From: Anaerolineales bacterium
GTDB taxonomy: Bacteria; Chloroflexota; Anaerolineae; Anaerolineales; UBA11858
NCBI GenBank assembly: GCA_024763275.1
Contig: JANTFT010000006.1
Coordinates: 1,638-65,637, forward strand
Direction: 5' to 3'
DNA: 64,000 bases
Part shown: positions 18,694 through 27,917 of the stretch, piece by piece
Layout: each line of letters opens with the position of its first letter
Position numbering within the stretch: position 1 is the stretch's first letter
Program-made: the position numbers and the translations under genes
The notes under the pieces: generated by a model
Database searches by the model: none
What the model was told of the DNA's origin: nothing
The model's input: only the letters and a program-made list of their open reading frames with translations

Positions 18694-20850
18694 ATGGCGA
18701 TTGATAACTTGGTTTGGTTGCTTCCACTCCCTCCCCTCCTAGCATTCTTTGTGATCGTTCTTTTCACCTACCGCAGGAAGGCCCTGAGCCACAGCCTGTC
18801 CGTTGGGGCAGCGCTTCTGTCCTGGCTGGGCAGCATGGTAGTCTTTTTCAGTTCTGTCAGGGCGGGGGCGGAAGGTTTGGGAGAGCATCCTTTTGGTTCA
18901 ACGCTGAATTGGCTGCCAGTAGGTGAGGGATGGTTTCAGATTGGCGTATTGGTGGATCCCCTGACCGCTGTAGTGCTCTTTTTTGTGGCCTGGACAATCC
19001 TGATGATCACCCTCTACAGCGTTGGCTACCACAACTTTGGCCAGCCTGAAGGCGATCACGATCGTCCGGGTTTGCCGCCTGAAGGTGCAACAGTTGACGG
19101 TCATAGGGTGCCTTCGATTGAACCCCTTTACTCCCGCTTCTTTGGCTTTATCAGCCTGTTCGCTTTTGGCATGTACACCCTGGTCGTCTCCGACAACCTG
19201 CTGACACTTTTTGTAGGCTGGGAGATCATGGGATTGTGCTCCTACCTGCTGATAGGTTTCTGGTATGGAAAGCTTTCAGCCCGGGCAGCCATGATCAAAG
19301 CCTTCCTGGTCACCAGGATCGGCGATGTGTTCATGCTGCTGGGTATCGCCTATCTGTACTCGGCTACAGGTACGCTGAGCTTCCGGGGGATCTTCTTCAA
19401 TCATGAAGTGCTCCAGCAGCTGGCTACCCAGCCCTCTAATTTCCTGGGGCTGTCATCGGCCGGGTTGATCGGCATCCTGCTCTTTATTGGAACGGTAGGC
19501 AAGTCAGCCCAATTCCCGCTTCACGTCTGGCTGCCGGACGCCATGGAAGGCCCGACACCGGTTTCAGCCATGATCCATGCCGCCACTATGGTCTCGGCGG
19601 GCGTATATATGGTCATCCGCATTTTCCCGCTCCTCAGTGCCGGGGCCGCCGAAGGAGGGATGACCTCACCGATGCTGGTTATGGCCATCATCGGCTCCTT
19701 CACAGCCCTATTCGCGGCGACCATCGCTGTCGCTCAGCGGGATGTCAAAAGGGTGCTGGCTTACTCAACTATTTCCCAGCTCGGCTATATGGTGGCCGCG
19801 GTAGGGGTAGGGGCCTATGTGGCAGCCACCTTCCACCTCATCACCCATGCCTTCTTTAAAGCGCTGCTGTTCCTGGGATCGGGATCGGTCATCCACGGCA
19901 TGGAGCACGGGGTCTATCACACCGGGGATCATCTTGACCCGCAGGATATGTTCAACATGGGAGGGCTGCGCTCGAAAATGCCAGTTACCTTCTGGACCTT
20001 CCTGATCGGCGGGCTGGCTCTGTCCGGTTTCCCCCTGGTCACAGCCGGGTTCTGGTCCAAGGACGAGATTTTCGCTGATGCCTTTGGACACGGACATCTG
20101 GCCGTTTTCATCACCCTGGCTTTAGCGGCCCTGCTGACCGCTTTTTACACCATGCGCCAGATCAGCTTGACCTTCCTGGGAAAACCAAGGACCAAGGCGG
20201 CGGAACATGCCCACGAGACACCCTGGACGATGACCACCCCGCTGGTGGTGCTCGCGGTTTTCGCCATCGGTTTTGGGTGGCTGGGCATCCCGGAGCATTT
20301 CCCTGTGCTGGGCGGGATCATCCCCAACTGGCTGGGTGAATTTGTGCCCGCCAGCCTCCCCCATCGCCTGGCTGAGATCGAGTTCAGCTGGACTCCCCTG
20401 GTGACCTCTCTGGTCGTGGCGCTGGGAGGGCTGACGCTGGGCTGGTGGATATACCGTGATGTGCCAGAAGGGGCGGAGGACCCTATCCGCAAATGGTTGG
20501 GACCGGTCTATACCCTGCTGGAGAATAAATACTACTTTGACGAAATGTATGACAGGGTCTTTGTGAAGCCTGCCACCTGGCTGGCGGAAACTTTCACTTA
20601 CAAGTGGATGGATCGAGTGGTCATCGATGGATTCCTCCATTCGGTTGCCAGGACGGCTCAGCTGGTAGGAACCTTCCTGCGCGACAAGATCGATCTCCCG
20701 ATCATCAACGGCTTTGGCGATGCGGTGGGAGCGATCACTGCCAAGGCAGGCGAGAAGGTGCGGAGGATCCAGACCGGAAGGGTCCAGCAGTACATGCTGA
20801 TCGCCCTGGTGGTCGCTATTGGAACCCTGTTTTATTTCATAGTGCAATAG
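18694..20850 (+). CDS. nuoL: NADH-quinone oxidoreductase subunit L
   Basis: 718-aa antiporter-like subunit (GKSAQFPLHVWLPDAMEGPTPVSA) with the long C-terminal extension typical of NuoL. Confidence 0.95.
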   Translation: MAIDNLVWLLPLPPLLAFFVIVLFTYRRKALSHSLSVGAALLSWLGSMVVFFSSVRAGAEGLGEHPFGSTLNWLPVGEGWFQIGVLVDPLTAVVLFFVAWTILMITLYSVGYHNFGQPEGDHDRPGLPPEGATVDGHRVPSIEPLYSRFFGFISLFAFGMYTLVVSDNLLTLFVGWEIMGLCSYLLIGFWYGKLSARAAMIKAFLVTRIGDVFMLLGIAYLYSATGTLSFRGIFFNHEVLQQLATQPSNFLGLSSAGLIGILLFIGTVGKSAQFPLHVWLPDAMEGPTPVSAMIHAATMVSAGVYMVIRIFPLLSAGAAEGGMTSPMLVMAIIGSFTALFAATIAVAQRDVKRVLAYSTISQLGYMVAAVGVGAYVAATFHLITHAFFKALLFLGSGSVIHGMEHGVYHTGDHLDPQDMFNMGGLRSKMPVTFWTFLIGGLALSGFPLVTAGFWSKDEIFADAFGHGHLAVFITLALAALLTAFYTMRQISLTFLGKPRTKAAEHAHETPWTMTTPLVVLAVFAIGFGWLGIPEHFPVLGGIIPNWLGEFVPASLPHRLAEIEFSWTPLVTSLVVALGGLTLGWWIYRDVPEGAEDPIRKWLGPVYTLLENKYYFDEMYDRVFVKPATWLAETFTYKWMDRVVIDGFLHSVARTAQLVGTFLRDKIDLPIINGFGDAVGAITAKAGEKVRRIQTGRVQQYMLIALVVAIGTLFYFIVQ

Positions 20851-20875
20851 CAATATTGCAGAAAATTTATACGGA

Positions 20876-22432
20876 GTGAATTTGATGGAATTAGTTACAA
20901 ACAACCTCCTGACTTTGATACTATTCCTGCCAGCAGTGACAGCTCTTGTGCTGGCCCTCATCCCCGGAAAGAACGAAAAGCTGATCCGCTGGCTGGCCTT
21001 AGCAGGCAGCCTGGTACCTTTCGCCCTTTCAGTGGTGCTCTGGACCCAATTCAACGCTGCCGAGCCCGGATTCCAATTCCAGGTAAAGCTGGATTGGTAC
21101 GAGGCCATCAACTCATCCTACCATCTGGGAATAGATGGGATATCCCTGACGATGGTGCTGCTGACGACCATCCTCACTCCGCTGGCAATCCTGACATCCT
21201 TCAACATCACTGATAAGGTCAAGGCCTACATGGTGCTGTTCATGCTTCTAGAAATGGGGATGCTGGGTGTGTTCCTGTCTCTGGATCTGCTGCTGTTCTT
21301 TGTTTTCTGGGAGTTTGGTCTGGTGCCCATGTATTTCCTGATCAATCAATGGGGCAGCGAGAAAGGGGAACGGACGCTCTGGAAGGGCGTTACAGTTAAA
21401 GCCAGGACCTATGCCTCGATGAAATTCATGCTCTATACCATGGCAGGGTCGCTGGGTCTGCTGCTGGCCATCCAGATGATAGGCGTTGCTGCGGGCACCT
21501 TTGACCTCCCGCAGCTGTTCTCGATCTGGAAGGGAGTAGAGGGCAGCTTCTTCGGTCTGGATATGGAGTCTGTGAAAACGATCGCCTTCTGGGCATTTGT
21601 GATTGCCTTCGCTCTTAAGGTCCCCGTCTGGCCATTCCACACCTGGCTGCCGGACGCTCATACTGAAGCTCCCACCGCAGGGTCGATGATCCTGGCGGGT
21701 GTGCTGCTGAAGCTGGGCGCGTACGGTTTCATCCGACTGGTGCTCCCGCTTTACCCTGAGCAGGCCAGTCAATACGCCGGCGTGTTGGCTTTTCTGGCAG
21801 TGGCGTCGATCGTGATCGGTGCCTTGAATTCCTTCGGTCAGGAGGACTTCAAGCGTCTGGTGGCTTATTCATCAATCAATCACATGGGTTTTGTGATCTT
21901 AGGTATAGCAGCAGCGGCCCGGGTAGGTGGGGGACCTGATGCCACCCTGGCTCTCAATGGAGCTGTCCTGCAGATGTTCAACCACGGGATCAGTGCCGCC
22001 GCGATGTTTTTCCTGGTTGGCGTGATCTACGGAAGGACCCATACCCGGGATATGAATCAGTATGGCGGATTGTTCCCGCTTGTGCCTGTTTATGGAGGGA
22101 TACTGATCTTCAGTTCGATGGCAGCTCTGGGGCTGCCCGGCCTGAATGGATTTGTGTCTGAGTTTCTGGTGGTCCGGGGAGCCTGGCCGGTGTTCTCTGT
22201 TTACACTGCCGTGGGTATGATCGGCCTGTTCTTCACAGGCGTCTATGTCCTCAAGAGCCTCAAAAAGGTGCTCCATGGACCGCTGAATGAAAGCTGGCAG
22301 GGAAAATTAACGGACATCAATTTCCGGGAGATCGTGGTAGTTGCTCCCTTGATGGTCCTGATGCTCTGGATCGGCATCTGGCCGGCCTGGATCCTTAAAG
22401 TGATCAACTGGGCTGCGGGCTGGATGTTTTAG
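20876..22432 (+). CDS. nuoM: NADH-quinone oxidoreductase subunit M (copy 1)
   Basis: 518 aa. KVPVWPFHTWLPDAHTEAPTAGS and SSINHMGF motifs. Confidence 0.93.
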   Translation: MNLMELVTNNLLTLILFLPAVTALVLALIPGKNEKLIRWLALAGSLVPFALSVVLWTQFNAAEPGFQFQVKLDWYEAINSSYHLGIDGISLTMVLLTTILTPLAILTSFNITDKVKAYMVLFMLLEMGMLGVFLSLDLLLFFVFWEFGLVPMYFLINQWGSEKGERTLWKGVTVKARTYASMKFMLYTMAGSLGLLLAIQMIGVAAGTFDLPQLFSIWKGVEGSFFGLDMESVKTIAFWAFVIAFALKVPVWPFHTWLPDAHTEAPTAGSMILAGVLLKLGAYGFIRLVLPLYPEQASQYAGVLAFLAVASIVIGALNSFGQEDFKRLVAYSSINHMGFVILGIAAAARVGGGPDATLALNGAVLQMFNHGISAAAMFFLVGVIYGRTHTRDMNQYGGLFPLVPVYGGILIFSSMAALGLPGLNGFVSEFLVVRGAWPVFSVYTAVGMIGLFFTGVYVLKSLKKVLHGPLNESWQGKLTDINFREIVVVAPLMVLMLWIGIWPAWILKVINWAAGWMF

Positions 22433-22464
22433 AGTTGGACTCATTGTATAGGCTGAGGTGACGA

Positions 22465-23943
22465 ATGCAATTTCCAATTATCAGCGTTATCGTATTAACC
22501 CCTGTGGTAACGGGATTGATCCTCTTCCTTCTCCCGGGAGAAAGAAAGAACCTGATCCGGTATACCGCGCTGACAGCGGCAGTGATCGATCTGCTGCTGT
22601 CGTTCTGGGTGTATCTGTCCTATGACATAACTGCCGGCGGATACCAATTTCTAGAAAAATTCACCTGGCTGCCGCAGCTGGGCATTTCTTATTCTGTCGG
22701 CGTGGATGGAATGAACGCTCCCCTGGTTCTGCTGACAGGGGTGGTGATGTTCACCGGCGTGCTGATTTCCTGGGGAATCGATGATCGCCCCCGCGAATTC
22801 TTCGGCTTTTTGTTCATCCTGGCAACTGGTGTATTCGGGGTTTTCGTTTCCCTTGATGTGTTCATGCTGTTCTTCTTCTATGAGATCGCTGTCTTCCCGA
22901 TGTATCTGCTGATCTCTATCTGGGGCTGGAAGAAAACCCGGGAATACGCCGCCATGAAGCTGACCCTCTACCTGTTCATCGGCTCGATGGTCTCGCTGGT
23001 CGGCGCTCTGGCCATGTACTTTGTTTCTGGAATGGGCAGCTTCGATATGTTCGTTCTCCAGGACGCCAATTTCTCGGTAGCTTTCCAGCGGGTCTGGTTC
23101 CCGTTTGTGTTCATGGGCTTTGCAGTTCTAGGCGGTATCTGGCCTTTCCATAACTGGAGCCCGGACGGCCATGTGGCTGCCCCGACAGCGGTATCCATGT
23201 TCCACGCTGGTGTGCTGATGAAGCTGGGCGCCTTTGCGGCCTTGCGGGTTGGGATCATGCTCCTGCCAGAAGGCGCAAAATTCTGGATGCCCTATGTCAT
23301 TTTGCTGGCCCTGGTCAACGTGGTTTATGGAGCTTTCATCGCCATGCGCCAGAACGATTTTAAATACGTGATCGGTTTTTCATCGGTTTCCCATATGGGT
23401 CTGGTGATGATGGGCTTCGCAACATTGAACGCCGATGGTTTGACGGGAGCTGGTGTGCAGATGTTCTCCCACGGAATCATGACAGCACTCTTCTTTGCTG
23501 TGGTGGGAATGATCTATGACCGGGCTCATACCCGCCAGATCGATGAGCTGGGTGGATTCGCCAAGAAGATGCCCTTTGTCGCGGTAGCTTTCATTGTGGG
23601 TGGTTTGGTATCGATGGGTATGCCAGGATTTTCCGGGTTTGTGGCCGAATTCCCCATTTTTATGGGCGTCTGGCAAACCCAGCCCTGGATTGCTGTGGTG
23701 GCCTCCATCTCTATCGTGATCACCGCTTCCTACATCATTCGCATTGTTACCAGTGTCTTTTTCGGTAAAATGCCTGAATCCTATGCGGATCATATCGGGG
23801 ATGTGGCCCTCAGGGATAAGATCGCTTTGGGCTTGCTGTCGGCGCTGCTGATTCTGATCGGCATCCTTCCTTATCCTACTCGCATGGTACCGTTGGTTAC
23901 TTCGGGGGTTGAGAATATCCTCCGGCTGCTTGGAGGTGTGTAG
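22465..23943 (+). CDS. nuoM: NADH-quinone oxidoreductase subunit M-like paralog (copy 2)
   Basis: 492 aa. WPFHNWSPDGHVAAPTAVS and SSVSHMGLV. Sits in tandem with copy 1. Confidence 0.88.
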   Translation: MQFPIISVIVLTPVVTGLILFLLPGERKNLIRYTALTAAVIDLLLSFWVYLSYDITAGGYQFLEKFTWLPQLGISYSVGVDGMNAPLVLLTGVVMFTGVLISWGIDDRPREFFGFLFILATGVFGVFVSLDVFMLFFFYEIAVFPMYLLISIWGWKKTREYAAMKLTLYLFIGSMVSLVGALAMYFVSGMGSFDMFVLQDANFSVAFQRVWFPFVFMGFAVLGGIWPFHNWSPDGHVAAPTAVSMFHAGVLMKLGAFAALRVGIMLLPEGAKFWMPYVILLALVNVVYGAFIAMRQNDFKYVIGFSSVSHMGLVMMGFATLNADGLTGAGVQMFSHGIMTALFFAVVGMIYDRAHTRQIDELGGFAKKMPFVAVAFIVGGLVSMGMPGFSGFVAEFPIFMGVWQTQPWIAVVASISIVITASYIIRIVTSVFFGKMPESYADHIGDVALRDKIALGLLSALLILIGILPYPTRMVPLVTSGVENILRLLGGV

Positions 23944-25391
23944 TGTCTAATCTTATCGATCAAACTATGATTATTGCAATCCTGCCCGAAATCGGCCTTG
24001 TGGTGCTGATTGGCCTGGTCCTGCTCTTTGGTGGGATCTGGAAGGGAAAGAGACTCAAGGGCCTGGGATGGCTGACAGCTGCCGGCCTGGGCGTATTGAT
24101 AGTCCTCTCCCTGGTTTTCGCTGGTCCCCAGGCCGAAAACCAGCTGGTGTGGGGGAACATGCTCCACCATGATTGGTACGGCCTGGTCTTCCGGCTGATC
24201 TTCATGCTGGGCGCTGCTATCACTGCGATCATCGCCATGGAATACGATTACGGTCAGAAAAGTGAATTCTACATCCTGCTGCTGACCTCTACCCTGGGGA
24301 TGAACCTGATGGCTTCGGCGGCTGATCTGATCATGCTTTATCTGGCATTTGAGACCGCTTCCATCCCGCTCTATGTGCTGGCAGGATTTCTGAAAAGGGA
24401 AAAGAGTTCTGTGGAGGCTGGGTTCAAATACCTGCTCTTTGGAGCGATGTCCTCAGCCCTGATGCTGTTCGGCTTCAGTTTGATTTACGGATTTACCGGG
24501 ATGACCAATTTGGCTGATCTGGCCCAGGCAGTGGTCCAGGGTGTGTTTCCACCCTCCGCCGTACTGGTCAGTTTACTCTTAGTGCTGATTGGCTTCAGCT
24601 TCAAGATCTCCGCCTTCCCGTTCCATTTCTGGGCACCCGACATCTACCAGGGAGCAGCCACTCCCATCTCGGGTTTCCTGTCCACAGCTTCCAAAGCGGC
24701 TGGATTCTCCGTGCTCCTTCGGGTCATGTTCGTGGTATACCCGTCCCTGACCGGGCAGTGGCAGCTCATCCTGGGAATCATATCCGGACTGACCATGACG
24801 GTTGGGAATATAATTGCCCTCACTCAGAAGGATCTCAAACGCCTGCTGGCATATTCGTCCATCGCCCATGCTGGTTATATCCTGATTGGCATTTCCGCCG
24901 CCTCCGCGTTTGGCGTGGGGAGCGCAGTATTCTATATTGGAACTTACTTGCTGACCAACTTGACGGCCTTTGGGGCAGTGGCTCTGGCAGGTGAAAAAAC
25001 GGGTTCATTTGCTGTTGATGATTTCGATGGCTTGAGCCGACGGTCTCCCGGACTGGCCCTGATCATGCTGGTTTCTTTATTGTCCCTGGCAGGGATGCCT
25101 CCTTTTGGCGGCTTCATTGCCAAGGTCCTGGTATTCGCGGCCGGTGTCAGGGGCGGCATGCTCTGGCTTGTGGCAGTGGGAGCCCTCAACTCGATCATCG
25201 GTTTGTTCTACTACCTGATCGTCCTCAAGCATGTGTATTTGTATCTGCCGCAGGAAGGGGCACCAAAATTGACCTTCCCCAAGCCTGCAGTCGCCACCCT
25301 GGCTCTGCTATCGCTGGGAATAATCGTGATAGGAACGCTTTTCAGCCCCTGGTATCACTGGGCTTTGAACGCTGCCCAGAACCTGTTTTAA
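23943..25391 (+). CDS. nuoN: NADH-quinone oxidoreductase subunit N
   Basis: 482 aa. KISAFPFHFWAPDIYQGAATPIS and YSSIAHAGY. The start overlaps the preceding stop. Confidence 0.93.
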   Translation: MSNLIDQTMIIAILPEIGLVVLIGLVLLFGGIWKGKRLKGLGWLTAAGLGVLIVLSLVFAGPQAENQLVWGNMLHHDWYGLVFRLIFMLGAAITAIIAMEYDYGQKSEFYILLLTSTLGMNLMASAADLIMLYLAFETASIPLYVLAGFLKREKSSVEAGFKYLLFGAMSSALMLFGFSLIYGFTGMTNLADLAQAVVQGVFPPSAVLVSLLLVLIGFSFKISAFPFHFWAPDIYQGAATPISGFLSTASKAAGFSVLLRVMFVVYPSLTGQWQLILGIISGLTMTVGNIIALTQKDLKRLLAYSSIAHAGYILIGISAASAFGVGSAVFYIGTYLLTNLTAFGAVALAGEKTGSFAVDDFDGLSRRSPGLALIMLVSLLSLAGMPPFGGFIAKVLVFAAGVRGGMLWLVAVGALNSIIGLFYYLIVLKHVYLYLPQEGAPKLTFPKPAVATLALLSLGIIVIGTLFSPWYHWALNAAQNLF

Positions 25392-25449
25392 GCCTGGAAT
25401 TTGAGTGTCGTTGCCTTTTTACTGGGACCTATGATAAAATACCGCTGAT

Positions 25450-25755
25450 ATGGTGGACCACAAAAACGATCCGAAATTGAAACCATATGCAGGCCTTTTC
25501 AGTAATCGAGTCTTTGCAGTTACAGGTGAAGTAGGGTGTTTTACGCTGCTGATCGTGCTGGCAGCGCTGGCTGGAGGGTTGTGGATTGATGCGCAGTTTA
25601 ATAGCAAACCGCTGTTTACAATAATCTTGATGGTTGCCAGCGTTCCGGTGACCATGATCCTGCTAATTCGGCTTGTACGAAGCTCAGTTAAGGAAACAGA
25701 TCAAGGGTCAGATAACGACCAACCACTTGTTGAAGAGGAGAACGATGGTGGCTGA
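25450..25755 (+). CDS. AtpZ/AtpI-like small membrane protein preceding the F0 genes
   Basis: 101 aa, two TM helices, located immediately upstream of and overlapping atpB. Called mainly on position and topology. Confidence 0.55.
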   Translation: MVDHKNDPKLKPYAGLFSNRVFAVTGEVGCFTLLIVLAALAGGLWIDAQFNSKPLFTIILMVASVPVTMILLIRLVRSSVKETDQGSDNDQPLVEEENDGG

Positions 25756-26734
25756 TAATACACTTGCGACACCTGAAAAACCGAAGAAAAAGTGGCGCTA
25801 CGGGGTAAATCGCTGGTTTGTCTTATTATTCATCATCCTCGGTGTCTTCGCCAACCGGGCGTTCTCGCCCATCCTCCCTCACATTCAGCTTCCGGCTGAG
25901 CGTTATTCCCATACACCTCTTCTCACCTTACCGGTGATCGGGGATTTCTACTGGACCAATACCCTGACTGCGGCCGTCCTGGTTGACCTGATCCTACTGA
26001 TCATCGCCCTTGTCGTGCGCAAGGCGCTGAATAGCGGGAAGCAGGTCCTGGAGGGATTTGCGGGGGCGGTGGAGGCGTTTCTGGAGATGATCTACAATCT
26101 GACCGAGTCCACTGCCGGACACCATGCTAAGAAGATCTTCCCCTATTTCGCGACCATCACCTTGATGGTCCTGGTCGCCAACTGGATGGAATTGATCCCC
26201 GGGGTGGACAGCATCGGAATTCTGGAGCCATCCAGCCACGGTTACCCGGTTGAGAGCTTTCTGGGATTCGCGGAAACCCTGGTCAAGGGGGAGGGGGCGG
26301 GTCACGAAGGGAGCACCTATACACTGATCCCTTATGTCCGGACACTGTCCACGGATTTGAATTTTACGGTGGGGCTGGCTCTCATCTCGGTATTTATGAC
26401 CCAGGTAATCGGTCTCCAGGCGAGAGGGGTCAACTACCTCAGTAAATTCTTCAACGTTAAAGGGCTATTCTCGAAACCGATCTTTGGAGTGATCGATTTT
26501 GGCGTAGGCCTGCTGGAGATTGTCAGCGAAGTCTCGAAGATCCTTTCATTCTCCTTCCGTCTCCTGGGCAATATCTTTGCGGGCACGGTGCTGCTGTTCG
26601 TGATCGGATCGCTGGTGCCTGTTTTTGCCCAATCAATGTTCCTGATGCTGGAGTTCTTTGTGGGTCTGATCCAGGCAGTGGTTTTTGGGATGCTGACCAT
26701 GATGTTCATGGCTCAAGCCACCCACGGGCACTAA
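25745..26734 (+). CDS. atpB: F0F1 ATP synthase subunit a
   Basis: C-terminal SFSFRLLGNIFAG (essential Arg) and polytopic topology. ATG 25745 behind GAGGAG is preferred over the track start 25673. Confidence 0.9.
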   Translation: MVADNTLATPEKPKKKWRYGVNRWFVLLFIILGVFANRAFSPILPHIQLPAERYSHTPLLTLPVIGDFYWTNTLTAAVLVDLILLIIALVVRKALNSGKQVLEGFAGAVEAFLEMIYNLTESTAGHHAKKIFPYFATITLMVLVANWMELIPGVDSIGILEPSSHGYPVESFLGFAETLVKGEGAGHEGSTYTLIPYVRTLSTDLNFTVGLALISVFMTQVIGLQARGVNYLSKFFNVKGLFSKPIFGVIDFGVGLLEIVSEVSKILSFSFRLLGNIFAGTVLLFVIGSLVPVFAQSMFLMLEFFVGLIQAVVFGMLTMMFMAQATHGH

Positions 26735-26834
26735 CGGTGGCGGTTTGGTTTGATTTGAATATACTCCCTGGAAGATCCCTATCTGTCCAGGACACATAAT
26801 CACTGGAAAATTTAAGACTGTAGGAGAAAATTCT

Positions 26835-27062
26835 ATGGATAAAGAAGCAGCAAGATTGATTGGCGCCGGAATAGCGATGATTGGAGCGATCGGGGGAGGA
26901 CTGGGCATTGGTGTGCTGGTGAGCGGTGCGGTGCAGGGGATTGCCCGCAACCCGGAAGCCAGCGGAGATATCCAGACAAATATGATCCTGGGGATCGCCT
27001 TTGCGGAAGCGGTAGCGATCTACTGTCTGGTGGTTGCCCTCCTGATCCTGTTCGTCATCTAG
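26835..27062 (+). CDS. atpE: F0F1 ATP synthase subunit c
   Basis: 75-aa hairpin. GxGxGxG stretch (GAIGGGLGIG), RNPE loop, carboxylate in IAFAEAVAIY. Confidence 0.92.
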   Translation: MDKEAARLIGAGIAMIGAIGGGLGIGVLVSGAVQGIARNPEASGDIQTNMILGIAFAEAVAIYCLVVALLILFVI

Positions 27063-27093
27063 TTTGACTGATCGCTAATTAAGGAGGATACCA

Positions 27094-27831
27094 TTGGAAG
27101 CACTGGGATTGAATCTAGGGTATTTGCTTGTCCAGATACTGAACTTCGCAATTGTCTTTGTGGTTCTACGGGCCTGGGTCTATAAGCCTATAGTCAATGT
27201 TCTGGAAAACCGGAAGAAGAAAATCGCGCAGAGCCTGGAAGACGCTCGCAAAGCCGAAGAAGCACGTCAGAATGCAGAAGCTGAAGCTGCTAAAATTATT
27301 GATGAGGCGCGCGGTAAAGCCAAAGATATAGTCCGGGAAGCGGCTGAACAGGCTGATCTTACTGCCAAGGACATAATAGAAAAAGCCAAGCAGCGAGCCA
27401 AGGAGATTCATCAGGAAGCTCTCGCTGAGGCTGGAGAGGAAAAAAACCGTATCCTGGCAGACATGCGCGGACAGGTAGCGGCTCTGGCAATTGCCGCAGC
27501 CCAGAAGTTGATCGGTTCGGCTTTGGATGAAAAGCGGCAGAAAGCCCTGGTTGACGAATTCTTCTCCGGCGTCAAAGGCGGCAAGATCGTTGTGCTCGAG
27601 GGTGAGGGATTTGAGGGTGAAACAGTCCTTGTTTCCAGCGCTCTGCCTTTGACAGAGGCGGAGAAGAAGGTTCTTGAAAAGGATATACTGAAACGATCTA
27701 AAGGGGAGCCAGAAGTCAATTTTGCGGTAGACCCGACTTTGCTGGGGGGGCTGACCATCAAGGTGGGCGATAAAGTTTACGATTACTCGGTTTCCACCCA
27801 GCTGGCTGAACTGGGCAACATGATGAATTAA
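27094..27831 (+). CDS. atpF: F0F1 ATP synthase subunit b with a C-terminal delta(OSCP)-like extension
   Basis: N-terminal TM plus a long charged coiled coil (b-like, about 150 aa). The C-terminal ~90 aa (VSSALPLTEAEKKVLEKDILKRS...VDPTLLGGLTIKVGDKVYDYSVSTQLAEL) resemble the C-terminal half of delta subunits. Confidence 0.8.
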   Translation: MEALGLNLGYLLVQILNFAIVFVVLRAWVYKPIVNVLENRKKKIAQSLEDARKAEEARQNAEAEAAKIIDEARGKAKDIVREAAEQADLTAKDIIEKAKQRAKEIHQEALAEAGEEKNRILADMRGQVAALAIAAAQKLIGSALDEKRQKALVDEFFSGVKGGKIVVLEGEGFEGETVLVSSALPLTEAEKKVLEKDILKRSKGEPEVNFAVDPTLLGGLTIKVGDKVYDYSVSTQLAELGNMMN

Positions 27832-27858
27832 TGGGCCTGATTTTTCTGGTGTACAATG

Positions 27859-27892
27859 AAAACGCCTGGATTTGATCCGGGCGTTTTTCTCA
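27859..27892 (+). terminator. intrinsic terminator after atpF
   Basis: AACGCCTGGA-TTTGA-TCCGGGCGTT stem (one G:U pair) followed by TTTTCT. Confidence 0.7.
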
Positions 27893-27917
27893 TCAGGGAA
27901 ACGGCAGGAGCACAGCA

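Noticed and set aside
20122-21111. 329-aa minus-strand ORF across the nuoL/nuoM junction
   Set aside because: Antisense to two strongly supported membrane-subunit genes. No motifs.
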